Assembly: GCA_043745805.1 (NCBI GenBank) | Contig: JAYTSD010000037.1 | Span: 32,001 to 96,000 of the forward strand | DNA from: Fibrobacteria bacterium | GTDB taxonomy: Bacteria > Fibrobacterota > Fibrobacteria > UBA11236 | Length of the DNA stretch: 64,000 nt | Reading direction: 5' to 3' | Part shown: positions 1 to 9,135 of the stretch, in pieces | Position numbering within the stretch: the first letter of the stretch is position 1 | Layout: each line of letters begins with the position of its first letter | Position numbers and translations under genes: made by a program | The notes under the pieces: model-generated | Seen by the model: the letters and a program-made list of their open reading frames with translations, nothing else | Databases searched by the model: none | What the model was told of the DNA's origin: nothing

Positions 1-1873
1 TAGCCGAAATATCCAGTTTGCCTTTGGCGCTAAATTGCAAATCCCCTTCAGTAGTAATGGATATTTTGCTTCCACCGACATCAATTTGCAGAGAATGCTT
101 GCCTTTACCATCTTGTAGAGCGATTAATTTTTTATCATCGTCCAGTTTTAATATGTGGCCATCTTTGGTTTGCACAGTCAGCGATTTAGAAGGATCATCC
201 AAAGTGACTTGATGCCCATATTTGGTTTTCAAAACCATTTTGGAATTTTTATTATCGAGTAAAATGGTTTGTCCACTCTCTTTACTGATGATAAGAATTT
301 GCTGTTCCTTATCATTAAAAACCAATTCATGGCCATCGGTGGTTTTCAAATGAATTTCTTTTTTGTCCGGATCATCATTCATCGACAATAAATGTTTACC
401 CGTAGTGGTCACATCAAAAACCGTTTTACCTTCTTTATCATCTAAGCGCATTTGGTGACCCGAAGCGGTGCGAATCACATTTTCATTACGATTGCGACTA
501 TTCACCGGGGAGACTGTATTAGGATTTGGCACAGCGCCCACAGCGATTGGTCTATCGGGATCCCCATCGACAAAGGACAAAATAATTTCTGTTCCATTTA
601 ACAAAGGAAAATGCATTCCAAAATTAGAACCGGCATAAGGTTGAATTAAACGAATGGCCTTGGTGGCTTGACCTTTATTTTTATCTCCCAAATCAAAAGG
701 CATTTTGGCGCGATAACGACCTTGATCATCTAGATATGCATATTTGCCTTCTTCGCCATCGACCTTTGCGGCAATCACACCATGGATAATTGGCTTTGGC
801 GTTTTTCGTTCGGGACGAAACTGGGTATCGACGGGAATACAAGCAAAAGAATTACTGTATAAGCGATTAGGTGTTTTGTTGGCATGGGCCCCTTCGCGTT
901 GATCACCATGATGATGCACTTCTAGCACAAGGTAATTTCCTTCAAAGGCGGGAACATGTGTGTCTTCCATCTTAAAGCGATAGCCAGAGCGCATAGGCCG
1001 ACAAACACTTTGACCTTCAAGAACAATTTTTTTGCAGGCAAAAAGTTCCGCATAAAGTTTTGCCAAACGATTTGCTTCATCTACGCTTTTAGTGTGCTGA
1101 CCAAATACATAATGTTCGCCTTGACCTTTTTGATTGGCATGGCCGATGACATTAGTGTCGGGGTAGCGATAATTATAATCTTTGACCATAGCATTACCCG
1201 TTACCATTTGTTGTTTGCGATGAACGGTAAAAATATAATCGTGTTCATCTTTGGTATTCATGTCCGTTTCGGGATAGAAACGAATAGTATCTTGGTGCGG
1301 AGTAGGTTTAATAGAAAGGGCTTGATTGGCTAAAACCAAAACACTCGCATCGCCTTCATGATTGAAAAAATAAAAAACACCTTCATCTTCCAATAGACGA
1401 TGTATAAATTGCAAATCACTTTCATTGTATTGCACCGTGTATTCGCGTTTGGGAAAATTATCCTTGGCATCGAATTTAAAATCGGCATCCGAAAAAGCAT
1501 TGTCTTTAAGGACTTCGGATACAATTTCTTTCACATCCATATTTTGGAAAACGCGGCTTTTGCTTCCATGAGCTAAAAGTTTAAATTTGGGCTCAAAAGT
1601 AATTTCATATTCCATGGCGCCATCGCCAATAGGCACTTGTTGATAATGCGTAACGATGCCTAAATGATGGGCATTTCCTTCAGATAAAAAAACCTTGAGC
1701 TTGACCGGCTTGCCCATAATTTTTTCATAATCGATATCGCCTTCTAAGCATATTGCGGTGATATGAAAGGAATAGCATTCCGAAATTTTTTCATGACCTG
1801 TCCAATCCAAAACCTTAAAAGTATCTGCAGGCAAATCGCCTACTTTTAAAGTGTAATGTGCTATTGCAGCCAT
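1..1873 (-). CDS. vgrG: Type VI secretion / contractile injection spike protein VgrG (TssI), 3' end truncated by window edge
   Basis: Missing from the ORF track because it runs off the edge. Manual translation from ATG at 1873 (MAAIAHYTLKVG...) stays open to the edge and contains REYTVQYNESDLQFIHRLLEDEGVFYFF, VKDYNYRYP, DDQGRY and FGMHFPLLNGTEIILSFVDGDPDRPIAVGAVPNP, followed by ~20-aa T-x-x-GH...DD spike repeats. Confidence 0.93.
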   Translation of the reverse strand, partial: MAAIAHYTLKVGDLPADTFKVLDWTGHEKISECYSFHITAICLEGDIDYEKIMGKPVKLKVFLSEGNAHHLGIVTHYQQVPIGDGAMEYEITFEPKFKLLAHGSKSRVFQNMDVKEIVSEVLKDNAFSDADFKFDAKDNFPKREYTVQYNESDLQFIHRLLEDEGVFYFFNHEGDASVLVLANQALSIKPTPHQDTIRFYPETDMNTKDEHDYIFTVHRKQQMVTGNAMVKDYNYRYPDTNVIGHANQKGQGEHYVFGQHTKSVDEANRLAKLYAELFACKKIVLEGQSVCRPMRSGYRFKMEDTHVPAFEGNYLVLEVHHHGDQREGAHANKTPNRLYSNSFACIPVDTQFRPERKTPKPIIHGVIAAKVDGEEGKYAYLDDQGRYRAKMPFDLGDKNKGQATKAIRLIQPYAGSNFGMHFPLLNGTEIILSFVDGDPDRPIAVGAVPNPNTVSPVNSRNRNENVIRTASGHQMRLDDKEGKTVFDVTTTGKHLLSMNDDPDKKEIHLKTTDGHELVFNDKEQQILIISKESGQTILLDNKNSKMVLKTKYGHQVTLDDPSKSLTVQTKDGHILKLDDDKKLIALQDGKGKHSLQIDVGGSKISITTEGDLQFSAKGKLDISA

Positions 1874-1930
1874 AGGACCACCATCCGGTTAAGGTTTTCC
1901 TTTAAAATCTAATTTTTCCGAAGCTTAGTC

Positions 1931-1946
1931 TGTGACCACGGTCACA
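1931..1946. promoter_or_regulatory. CRP/FNR-family-type palindromic site upstream of vgrG
   Basis: TGTGA-CCACGG-TCACA is a perfect TGTGA-N6-TCACA, 57 bp upstream of the vgrG ATG; an extra GTCACA half site lies at 1949-1954. Confidence 0.6.
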
Positions 1947-1981
1947 AAGTCACAAAAATATTATGCTGAAAAGGGCTCGAT

Positions 1982-3043
1982 TTAAATTTCCTCAGGAACT
2001 TGCATACTACTGCAATGAATGGCGCCTTGCCCAAATACTAAGGCCCTACAATCAATAGGGACAATTTTCCGATGGGGGAAATATTGCTTGAAGCATTCCA
2101 GCGTAGCTTGGTCACGGGCATCATGAAATACCGGAACTAATACGCCGCCATTGAGAATAAGAAAATTCAAATAGGTGGCTGGTGTGCGCAAATCGGCTTT
2201 GACCAAACGGGCTGGCATGGGAATTTCAATTACAGTTAAATTTCGTGATTGGGCATACTGTTTTAAAGCCTTTAAATTGTTTTGCAGTGGAGCATAATTT
2301 TCATCGAGCGGATCGGTTTCTACCGCACAAAAAATCGTACTTTCATTCACAAAGCGCGCTAAGTCATCCACATGTCCGTCGGTGTCATCGCCAGCGATGC
2401 CGCTTTCTAGCCACAAAACATCCGTAACACCTAGGTATCCGTTCAAAATTCTTTCAATGTCATCCCGATTATATTGGGGATTGCGATTTGGATTTAATAA
2501 ACATTGCTCAGTGGTGAGTAGTAGGCCTTTGCCATTCACATCAATCGATCCACCTTCCAAAACAAAATCAATATCTAACACTTCACGATCACGTTCTTGT
2601 GCCATGCGAGCAGGAACAGCATTGTCTTTATCCCAAGGTGGATATTTTCCACCCCAAGAATTAAAAGTCCAACTTAGGGTAATAAGTCGAGCGGTATCAC
2701 CCGTTACATTTTTAGCTTCTACGGTAATGCCACCATAATCACGAATCCAACTATCATTAGTAGGTACTTCCAATATATGCAGGGGAAAAGGTTTTTTTGC
2801 AAGGTCAGAGCCAAGTGCTTTTCGGGCCTCTTCTCGTTTCACCAAATTATTCACTAATAAATAGACGGGTTGAAATTCTAAAGCTGCGGAAATGAAGGCC
2901 ACATAAGCCATTTTTGCATCTTCCCAAACGGGCGTCCAAGTCTCTGCATTTTGTGGCCAAGTAAACCAGATGGATGCTTGTTTTTCCCATTCAGCGGGAA
3001 GACGTAAATTTTTATAAGGCGGATGAAAGGGTAAAGTTTTTAT
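1982..3043 (-). CDS. aguA: Agmatine deiminase (peptidyl-arginine deiminase family)
   Basis: Motifs DSWIRDYG, FNSWGGKY, LEGGSIDVNG, DDTDGHVD, ATYLNF, GAIHCSS. The conserved N-terminus RLPAEWE...WFTWP lies in frame upstream of the 2911 ATG, so the start is placed tentatively at ATA 3043. Confidence 0.9.
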   Translation of the reverse strand: MKTLPFHPPYKNLRLPAEWEKQASIWFTWPQNAETWTPVWEDAKMAYVAFISAALEFQPVYLLVNNLVKREEARKALGSDLAKKPFPLHILEVPTNDSWIRDYGGITVEAKNVTGDTARLITLSWTFNSWGGKYPPWDKDNAVPARMAQERDREVLDIDFVLEGGSIDVNGKGLLLTTEQCLLNPNRNPQYNRDDIERILNGYLGVTDVLWLESGIAGDDTDGHVDDLARFVNESTIFCAVETDPLDENYAPLQNNLKALKQYAQSRNLTVIEIPMPARLVKADLRTPATYLNFLILNGGVLVPVFHDARDQATLECFKQYFPHRKIVPIDCRALVFGQGAIHCSSMQVPEEI

Positions 3044-3924
3044 ATGCCAAACCTTTGCAATATGCCGCCATAAGCATCTATGCGTCGGTCACGCAAAAAA
3101 GGCCAAATGCGACGAGTGGATTCAATATTTTCAGTTTTACATTCTTGCAGAATAAAGGCGTCTTCGCCAGCAGGTAAATGCGCGAGTACCTCGCCTTCGG
3201 GACTAGTAACAAAAGAGTTACCCCAAAATTCCAAGTGGCCTTCTTGGCCAATACGATTCGCAGCAGCGACATAAACATTATTAGCGACCGCATGGGCACG
3301 ATGCATTACGGTCCAAGCTTGCACTTGCTTTTCTTTTAAAATAACGCTTTCAGCGTCAGAAAGGCCTTCCGATTCTTTAGCGTCCCAACCTATGGCGGTG
3401 GGATAAACTAATAGCTCACAACCCTGTAATGCCGTAATGCGAGCGGCTTCGGGATACCATTGATCCCAACAAATTAAAACGCCAATTTTTCCATAGCGTG
3501 TGGTAAAACTTTTAAATCCCAAATCGCCAGGTGTGAAATAATATTTTTCATTAAAACCTGGATCTTCGGGGATATGCATTTTTCGATATAAACCTAAATT
3601 TGTTCCATCGGCATCAAACACTACTGCAGAATTATGATATAAACCCGGCGCCCGTTTTTCAAAAAAAGGCAAAATCAAAACGATTTTTTTTTCGGCGGCA
3701 AGGCTTTGTAAAGCTTTAACCAAAGGGGTTTGTAAATCATGCGCTAGATTAAAATGCTCTTGATTTTCAGTGATGCAAAAATAATTATGCAAAATAAGTT
3801 CGGACAATAAAATGATCTGCGCACCCGCTTCAGCACAAGCAGAAATCTTAGCCACTAAAGATTTAAAGCGTTCGGGTTGAGCGCAATTTCCTTGGGTTTG
3901 AATCACCCCTAATTTAAAGGACAT
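3040..3924 (-). CDS. aguB: N-carbamoylputrescine amidase (carbon-nitrogen hydrolase family)
   Basis: Nitrilase triad E (LSEL), K (YRKMHIP), C (LICWDQWYPE); C-terminal WPFLRDRR; AAAGGAG RBS before ATG 3924; adjacent to aguA. Confidence 0.9.
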   Translation of the reverse strand: MSFKLGVIQTQGNCAQPERFKSLVAKISACAEAGAQIILLSELILHNYFCITENQEHFNLAHDLQTPLVKALQSLAAEKKIVLILPFFEKRAPGLYHNSAVVFDADGTNLGLYRKMHIPEDPGFNEKYYFTPGDLGFKSFTTRYGKIGVLICWDQWYPEAARITALQGCELLVYPTAIGWDAKESEGLSDAESVILKEKQVQAWTVMHRAHAVANNVYVAAANRIGQEGHLEFWGNSFVTSPEGEVLAHLPAGEDAFILQECKTENIESTRRIWPFLRDRRIDAYGGILQRFGI

Positions 3925-3963
3925 AGTTTCTCCTTTCGGAGGAGGAAAAGTAACAAAAAATAA

Positions 3964-3994
3964 AGGCCTTTTTTCGGGATTCGAAAAAAGGCCT
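3964..3994 (-). terminator. Probable intrinsic terminator after the OYE gene
   Basis: 13-bp inverted repeat AGGCCTTTTTTCG/CGAAAAAAGGCCT followed by a T-rich tract on the minus strand. Confidence 0.65.
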
Positions 3995-4032
3995 ATTACC
4001 ATTGTATTTCAAAGCGGGAAATGGGTCAGAGC

Positions 4033-5532
4033 TTAGGCGCTCGTGGGTGTGGTTGCTTTTAATTGCTCACGCTGCGCCTTCTTAATTTCTTTTACCAATT
4101 CAGCTTCCGGACGATTTTTATAATATTCATCCAGAGGGTAACATCCAGATTTCACACCATTACGCGGCGCGGTGGTACAATCCGAAAAGGTGCGGCAAAT
4201 AAATTTGGTTTCGAGTTCGCCGCGCTCCAAAGAATGCGCAATGATTTGCGGATAGGAAAGTACCATGCGACCAATACCAATGATATCCGCCCAGCCCTCA
4301 CGTACCAAGGCTTGGCCCACTTGGGGTAAAAATTCTTGTAAATAAGTTAAACCGGAACTGACCAAAGGAATACCCGGCGCACCGGCTTTTAATTCTTTCA
4401 CCACTTGCACTTGGCGAGCCAAATTAATCATGGGATCTTCAGCCGGTTGATAACCATCGGAAGGAGGATAAATGGCAGGACGTTGAATATGCGGATTATA
4501 ATATGGCGAACCACAGGAAATATTTACCGTCGCGACACCCCATGATTTCAACATATTTAAATACTGAATAGGTTCACGCAAGTCATATTCTAAAGGATTT
4601 GCAGGGTTTAAACCAAAACCATATTTATAGGGAAGCGCATGCGCAAATTCTTCCGGCATACCTGGACCTAAATTTCCTGGGGTAGCCAAAGCAGGATTAG
4701 GTTTAAAAGGCACAAAGTCAAAAGCACTTAAGCGCACACCAATGATTAAACGCGGAGCTACTTGTTGTATGCCTTGAATAATCTCGCGTGCGAAGCGCGT
4801 GCGATTATCTAAACTCTCGCCGCCATATGGGCCGGGACGGGTAAAAGCAGACAGAAATTCATGGCCCAAATAGCCATGACATTGCTTTACATCTATAAAA
4901 GGGATATTGGCTTTATCAACCAGTATTGCGGCTTTGATATAATGCTCAATTAAATTTTTAATATCATCATCCGTCATCACGGGATAATCCATAGGCAAAT
5001 TGAATTTGGGATTTAATACCGGATGCGCATACACCAATTTAGGTTCTAATTTCTTTTTGTCATTAGGACGGCAGAAGCGGCCTGAATGCGTAAGCTGTAA
5101 GCCCCAAAGTAAATCATCCGCCGTACCAAAGCGTTTAGCATGCGCTTCCAAAGCGACGTCGGCGGCTTTGCGAATATTACCTACCGTGTCAGGATTCATC
5201 ATCAATTGATTAGGATTTGCACGACCATCAGGACGCACGGCTACCGCTTCCATACCCCACAAAAACTTCGCGCCAGAGATACCAAAGCGCTCCCAGCGAC
5301 GAATCATTTCCTCAGTAGGTTGACCATCAGTAGTGGTATCCCAGCCTTCCATTGGATGAATGCAATAACGATTACCTACCTTAAATCCACCTATAGTTAG
5401 AGTTTGCGCCACAGGGGATTCGGGTGCCTTCAAAATAGTGTCATCAATTGGTAAATCGATGGCTAAAGCGGACAATCTTTCGCGCAAAGCTGCGGCTGTT
5501 TTAAAAGATGTCAGGCGTTTAATATCAGACAT
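4033..5532 (-). CDS. NADH:flavin oxidoreductase (Old Yellow Enzyme-like TIM barrel) with C-terminal Cys cluster
   Basis: IHPMEGWD, LQLTHSGR, CHGYLGHEFLS, YGGESLDNRTRF, GIGRM; C-terminal CRTFSDC...GC; GGAG RBS favours ATG 5532. Confidence 0.85.
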   Translation of the reverse strand: MSDIKRLTSFKTAAALRERLSALAIDLPIDDTILKAPESPVAQTLTIGGFKVGNRYCIHPMEGWDTTTDGQPTEEMIRRWERFGISGAKFLWGMEAVAVRPDGRANPNQLMMNPDTVGNIRKAADVALEAHAKRFGTADDLLWGLQLTHSGRFCRPNDKKKLEPKLVYAHPVLNPKFNLPMDYPVMTDDDIKNLIEHYIKAAILVDKANIPFIDVKQCHGYLGHEFLSAFTRPGPYGGESLDNRTRFAREIIQGIQQVAPRLIIGVRLSAFDFVPFKPNPALATPGNLGPGMPEEFAHALPYKYGFGLNPANPLEYDLREPIQYLNMLKSWGVATVNISCGSPYYNPHIQRPAIYPPSDGYQPAEDPMINLARQVQVVKELKAGAPGIPLVSSGLTYLQEFLPQVGQALVREGWADIIGIGRMVLSYPQIIAHSLERGELETKFICRTFSDCTTAPRNGVKSGCYPLDEYYKNRPEAELVKEIKKAQREQLKATTPTSA

Positions 5533-5687
5533 ATTCACTCCGGAAGGAAAAAAACCTCAAATTTCAATTATACTGTCAAGCCTATATATAAGGTCATAAT
5601 ATAGCACGAAAGTATAAAAACGCATTGCATTTTTTAAAAAAGGGGTATATTTTCTTCATAAATAGTTTTTTTAAGAAAAAGACCACT

Positions 5688-7100
5688 ATGCATCAGGCTC
5701 CTAAATTAAAAGTTCAAGATATTCATGTTTTTGCGCGGCAAATTAATACTCGTATGCCTTTTCGTTTTGGAAAAGCCGTACTGACGGAAATGCCGATTAT
5801 CCATGTAAAGCTCACTCTACTGAATGAAAGTGGCGAAACCGTCATTGGGGCTAGCGCAAGTGGAATTCCTCCGCTATGGTTTGATAAAGCTCCAGGCCGT
5901 ACTCATGATCAACAAGTTTCTGATTTATTGCTTTCGTTACGCATTGCTTCCGACCTATACATTGCAAGTAAATCCGCTTCATTATGGGATTTGCATAAAA
6001 GTGTGGAATCCGAAATCCGTCAACGCTGTAGGGTGACGGGTTTGAATGCACTCACTTCTGGATTTGGTATTGCCTTAATGGACAATGCCATGGTCGACGG
6101 CCTTTGCCGCTTAACGCGTAAAACCTTTCATCAGATCTTGCGTCAAGATTTATTGGGTTTAGGGGATGACTTTACCAAATGGGTGCCAGAAGCGCCTTTG
6201 GCTAGCATTGCCTTGCGTCATACGGTAGGCTTAGCAGATCCTATTTTTACTAGCGACATTGAAAAGCCATTGCGCGATGGCTTACCCGAGTCCTTAGAAC
6301 AAGTAGCCGATCAGTATCGTGCACGTTACTATAAAGTTAAAATTTCTGGGGATACACCTGCTTCTTTAGCCCGCATGGGTCAAATTGCAAAAGTGCTTGA
6401 TGAAAAGGCAGGTGACTACAAAGTTACCCTCGATGGCAATGAACAATTCGCCACCATGGATGCTTTTCTAGAATTTGTTAAAGCCGCGGTGGCGGAAAAA
6501 TCTTTGGCGGGTTTTTGGGATCGCATTTTGTGGATTGAACAACCCGTAGAACGTAGCGCAGCCTTGGATCCTGCTAAGGTGCAAGCTGCCTTGCAGGAAA
6601 CTAATAAATATAAACCGGTCATTATTGATGAAAGCGATGGCGATGATGAAAGCGTTGCTTTAGCTCTATCTTTAGGCTATAAAGGGATATCCGCTAAAAA
6701 TTGTAAAGGGGTTTTTCGTACCTTGCATAGCTATCGCTATTTAAAAGAATCGGGACAAAGCGATTTAATTTTTTCCAGTGAAGATTTAACCAATGTTCCT
6801 ATTTATCCTTTGCAACAAGATTGTTGTGTGGCCGCAGCCCTAGGTATTACGCATACCGAACGTAATGGCCATCATTATATTCGTGGCTTTCAATTTTTAT
6901 CTGCTGCGGAACGCGATAGTGCAGAGAGAGAGTTTCCTTCTTTATATCGCCCAGGCGCTGATGGTGTTTCAGTGTTACGTATCGAAAACGGCAATCTTTC
7001 CATGATAGACATCAACCGGTACGGTTATGGCACGCGTAGCTTGCCTGACTGGCCAAGTCTCAAACCCGTCTTATTACCGGATAGACGAGAACCCCTCTAA
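5688..7100 (+). CDS. Enolase-superfamily (mandelate racemase/MLE-like) enzyme, probable acid-sugar dehydratase or epimerase
   Basis: KxK motif (YYKVKISG) and metal ligands in LDGNEQF, WIEQP and IIDESD; N-terminal capping domain RMPFRFG. Confidence 0.75.
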   Translation: MHQAPKLKVQDIHVFARQINTRMPFRFGKAVLTEMPIIHVKLTLLNESGETVIGASASGIPPLWFDKAPGRTHDQQVSDLLLSLRIASDLYIASKSASLWDLHKSVESEIRQRCRVTGLNALTSGFGIALMDNAMVDGLCRLTRKTFHQILRQDLLGLGDDFTKWVPEAPLASIALRHTVGLADPIFTSDIEKPLRDGLPESLEQVADQYRARYYKVKISGDTPASLARMGQIAKVLDEKAGDYKVTLDGNEQFATMDAFLEFVKAAVAEKSLAGFWDRILWIEQPVERSAALDPAKVQAALQETNKYKPVIIDESDGDDESVALALSLGYKGISAKNCKGVFRTLHSYRYLKESGQSDLIFSSEDLTNVPIYPLQQDCCVAAALGITHTERNGHHYIRGFQFLSAAERDSAEREFPSLYRPGADGVSVLRIENGNLSMIDINRYGYGTRSLPDWPSLKPVLLPDRREPL

Positions 7101-7115
7101 AGAAAGGCAATTTTA

Positions 7116-8447
7116 ATGCAAGCAACATTACAAGCAAAATCTACTTCCAGCGCGCCTGCAAGTATGATGTCGGGATCCGCCAAATGGATGGCTTTAGCGG
7201 CCGCTATATTAGGTTGGATGTTTGATGGATTAGAAATGGGCATTTTTCCATTGGTAGGCCGACCTGCATTAACTGAAATGTTAGGCGGAGGCGATATTGG
7301 TCCTTGGTTCGGTCGCATTATTGCCGTGTTCTTGGTTGGGGCCGCATTGGGTGGCTTCGCCTTAGGCTGGCTTGGCGACAGAATAGGTCGTACTCGCGCT
7401 ATGGTGTGGAGTGTGCTCGCTTATTCCGTATTCTCTGGCTTAGGTGCCATAGTTACCAATCCATGGCAACTCGCAGCTTTCCGATTTTTGGCGGCTTTGG
7501 GTATGGGCGGACAATGGGCTTTAGGTGTGGCTTTGGTAATGGAAATTTTCCCCAATAAATCACGTCCTTTAATGGCTGGTCTTATTGGTGCTTCAGCGAA
7601 TATCGGCTTCCTGCTTATCGCCTTATTAGCTATTGGCCTTAGTTCTATTTTAGCCAGCCTTTCAACCGTTCTCCATGCGATATTACCTACTGCTTGGGCG
7701 ACTATCCTTTTGCAAAATGGAAGTTGGCGTTTATTAATGTTACTGAGTGCTACGCCGGCTTTACTCACCTTTGTCATTCGCGTTTTTGTTCCTGAATCAG
7801 AAATGTGGGAAGCCAATTCTAAAAAGGCTGATAGCAAAGTAGGGTTTGGTGATTTATTTACTCGAGGATTAGCCAAAAACACTTTTATTGGTGCTGGCTT
7901 AGGTGCGGTGGCTTTAATGGGTACATGGGCATCGGTGCAATGGATTCCCGCTTGGGCAGGAAAAATTTCAGCAGGCGTTCCTAATGTAGCGGCTAAAGTG
8001 CAAATCGCTTCAGCTATTGGTGCTATTGTTTTTAGCCTAAGCTTTGCCTTGATTGCTGAAAAATTTAATCGCCGCAGTACCTATTTTGCTTTATCACTAC
8101 TTTCTTTAATTGCTTGCTCCATTTTGTTTCGACTCAACATGTCCTTTGGCGGTGGATTTTTAGCATGGACTTTTTTAGTGGGTGGTATTACCGCCGGTTT
8201 TTATGGTCTGCTACCTTTGTATTTGCCCGAATTATTCCCTACACGCGTGCGCGCAATGGGTTCTGGTGTAACTTTCAATGCCGGTCGCTTGATCGCTGCA
8301 GGCGGTGCTATTTATGGTGGAACCTTGGTGAAATCTTTTGGTGGCGATATTGCTAAAATGTGCTCCATAGTGAGTCTGGTCTATGTATTCGGGCTTGTGA
8401 TCATCTGGTTCGCTCCTGAAACTAAGGGTAAACCTTTACCCGAGTAA
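7116..8447 (+). CDS. MFS transporter
   Basis: About 12 hydrophobic segments; motif A GWLGDRIGR; GMGGQW; ELFPTRVRAMG. Confidence 0.92.
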   Translation: MQATLQAKSTSSAPASMMSGSAKWMALAAAILGWMFDGLEMGIFPLVGRPALTEMLGGGDIGPWFGRIIAVFLVGAALGGFALGWLGDRIGRTRAMVWSVLAYSVFSGLGAIVTNPWQLAAFRFLAALGMGGQWALGVALVMEIFPNKSRPLMAGLIGASANIGFLLIALLAIGLSSILASLSTVLHAILPTAWATILLQNGSWRLLMLLSATPALLTFVIRVFVPESEMWEANSKKADSKVGFGDLFTRGLAKNTFIGAGLGAVALMGTWASVQWIPAWAGKISAGVPNVAAKVQIASAIGAIVFSLSFALIAEKFNRRSTYFALSLLSLIACSILFRLNMSFGGGFLAWTFLVGGITAGFYGLLPLYLPELFPTRVRAMGSGVTFNAGRLIAAGGAIYGGTLVKSFGGDIAKMCSIVSLVYVFGLVIIWFAPETKGKPLPE

Positions 8448-8490
8448 ACCAATGCTAGCCATAAGCAAACTGTTTGATTTTTTTTTGTTG

Positions 8491-8520
8491 AGAGCCCCGC
8501 ACCAAGCGCGGAGCTCTTTT
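8491..8520 (+). terminator. Possible intrinsic terminator after the MFS gene
   Basis: Imperfect GC stem AGAGC-CCGC...GCGG-GCTCT followed by TTT. Confidence 0.45.
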
Positions 8521-8598
8521 CCTTCTGAATTGCTTGGGCCAAACCCATCAGGTTTTTTTTCTCTAATCGAAAATTAACCGCTTCCCATATAGGTAAAA

Positions 8599-9135
8599 AT
8601 GTCTACCCATCAACCCCGTTACGATTTTTCTGTAATTCGCAACCTACGTAAAGCGCAGGGTTTTACCATTGCCGATATTGCTGATGCTTCTGGTATTTCT
8701 ACAGCTGTGATATCGCGTATTGAACGTAATCAAGCCGTACCAGAATTGGATACCCTAGCACGCTTGTCCAAGGCCTTTTCTATCACGGCTACCGATTTAT
8801 TAGGGCTAGCCGAATTTCGTATTGCACAAATTGCTCATGGACAACATTATGTGTCGGGCGGATTCCAATTTCAAAATATTAGTTACCCCAATGTTCAATG
8901 TTTTATGGGATCGGCCTTAGCAGGTGGCACCGTAACACGTCCGGAAGTGCATCATAATGATCATGAAGTACTTTGGGTGCTTGCAGGAAGTATTGAAGTG
9001 GTGATTAATGGGGAAGTGCATATTCTTAAAGAAGGCGAAGCCATTCAATTCGACGCGGTGCAAATGCATACCTATAAAGCCATCCAAGATTGTAAAATTT
9101 TATCCATTCATCTACGCAAAGGAAAGCGCGCTTGA
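8599..9135 (+). CDS. XRE-family HTH + cupin transcriptional regulator
   Basis: IRNLRKAQGFTIADIADASGISTAVISRIERN HTH; C-terminal cupin HH..HE...EGEAIQFDAVQMHTY. Confidence 0.88.
   Translation: MSTHQPRYDFSVIRNLRKAQGFTIADIADASGISTAVISRIERNQAVPELDTLARLSKAFSITATDLLGLAEFRIAQIAHGQHYVSGGFQFQNISYPNVQCFMGSALAGGTVTRPEVHHNDHEVLWVLAGSIEVVINGEVHILKEGEAIQFDAVQMHTYKAIQDCKILSIHLRKGKRA

Noticed and set aside
18-1524. Short ORFs 18-212, 956-1333 and 1330-1524 in the ORF track
   Set aside because: They are antisense or out-of-frame shadows of the long vgrG frame
3925-4002. N-terminal extension of aguB from 4002
   Set aside because: It spans a terminator hairpin; the RBS and family N-terminus fit ATG 3924
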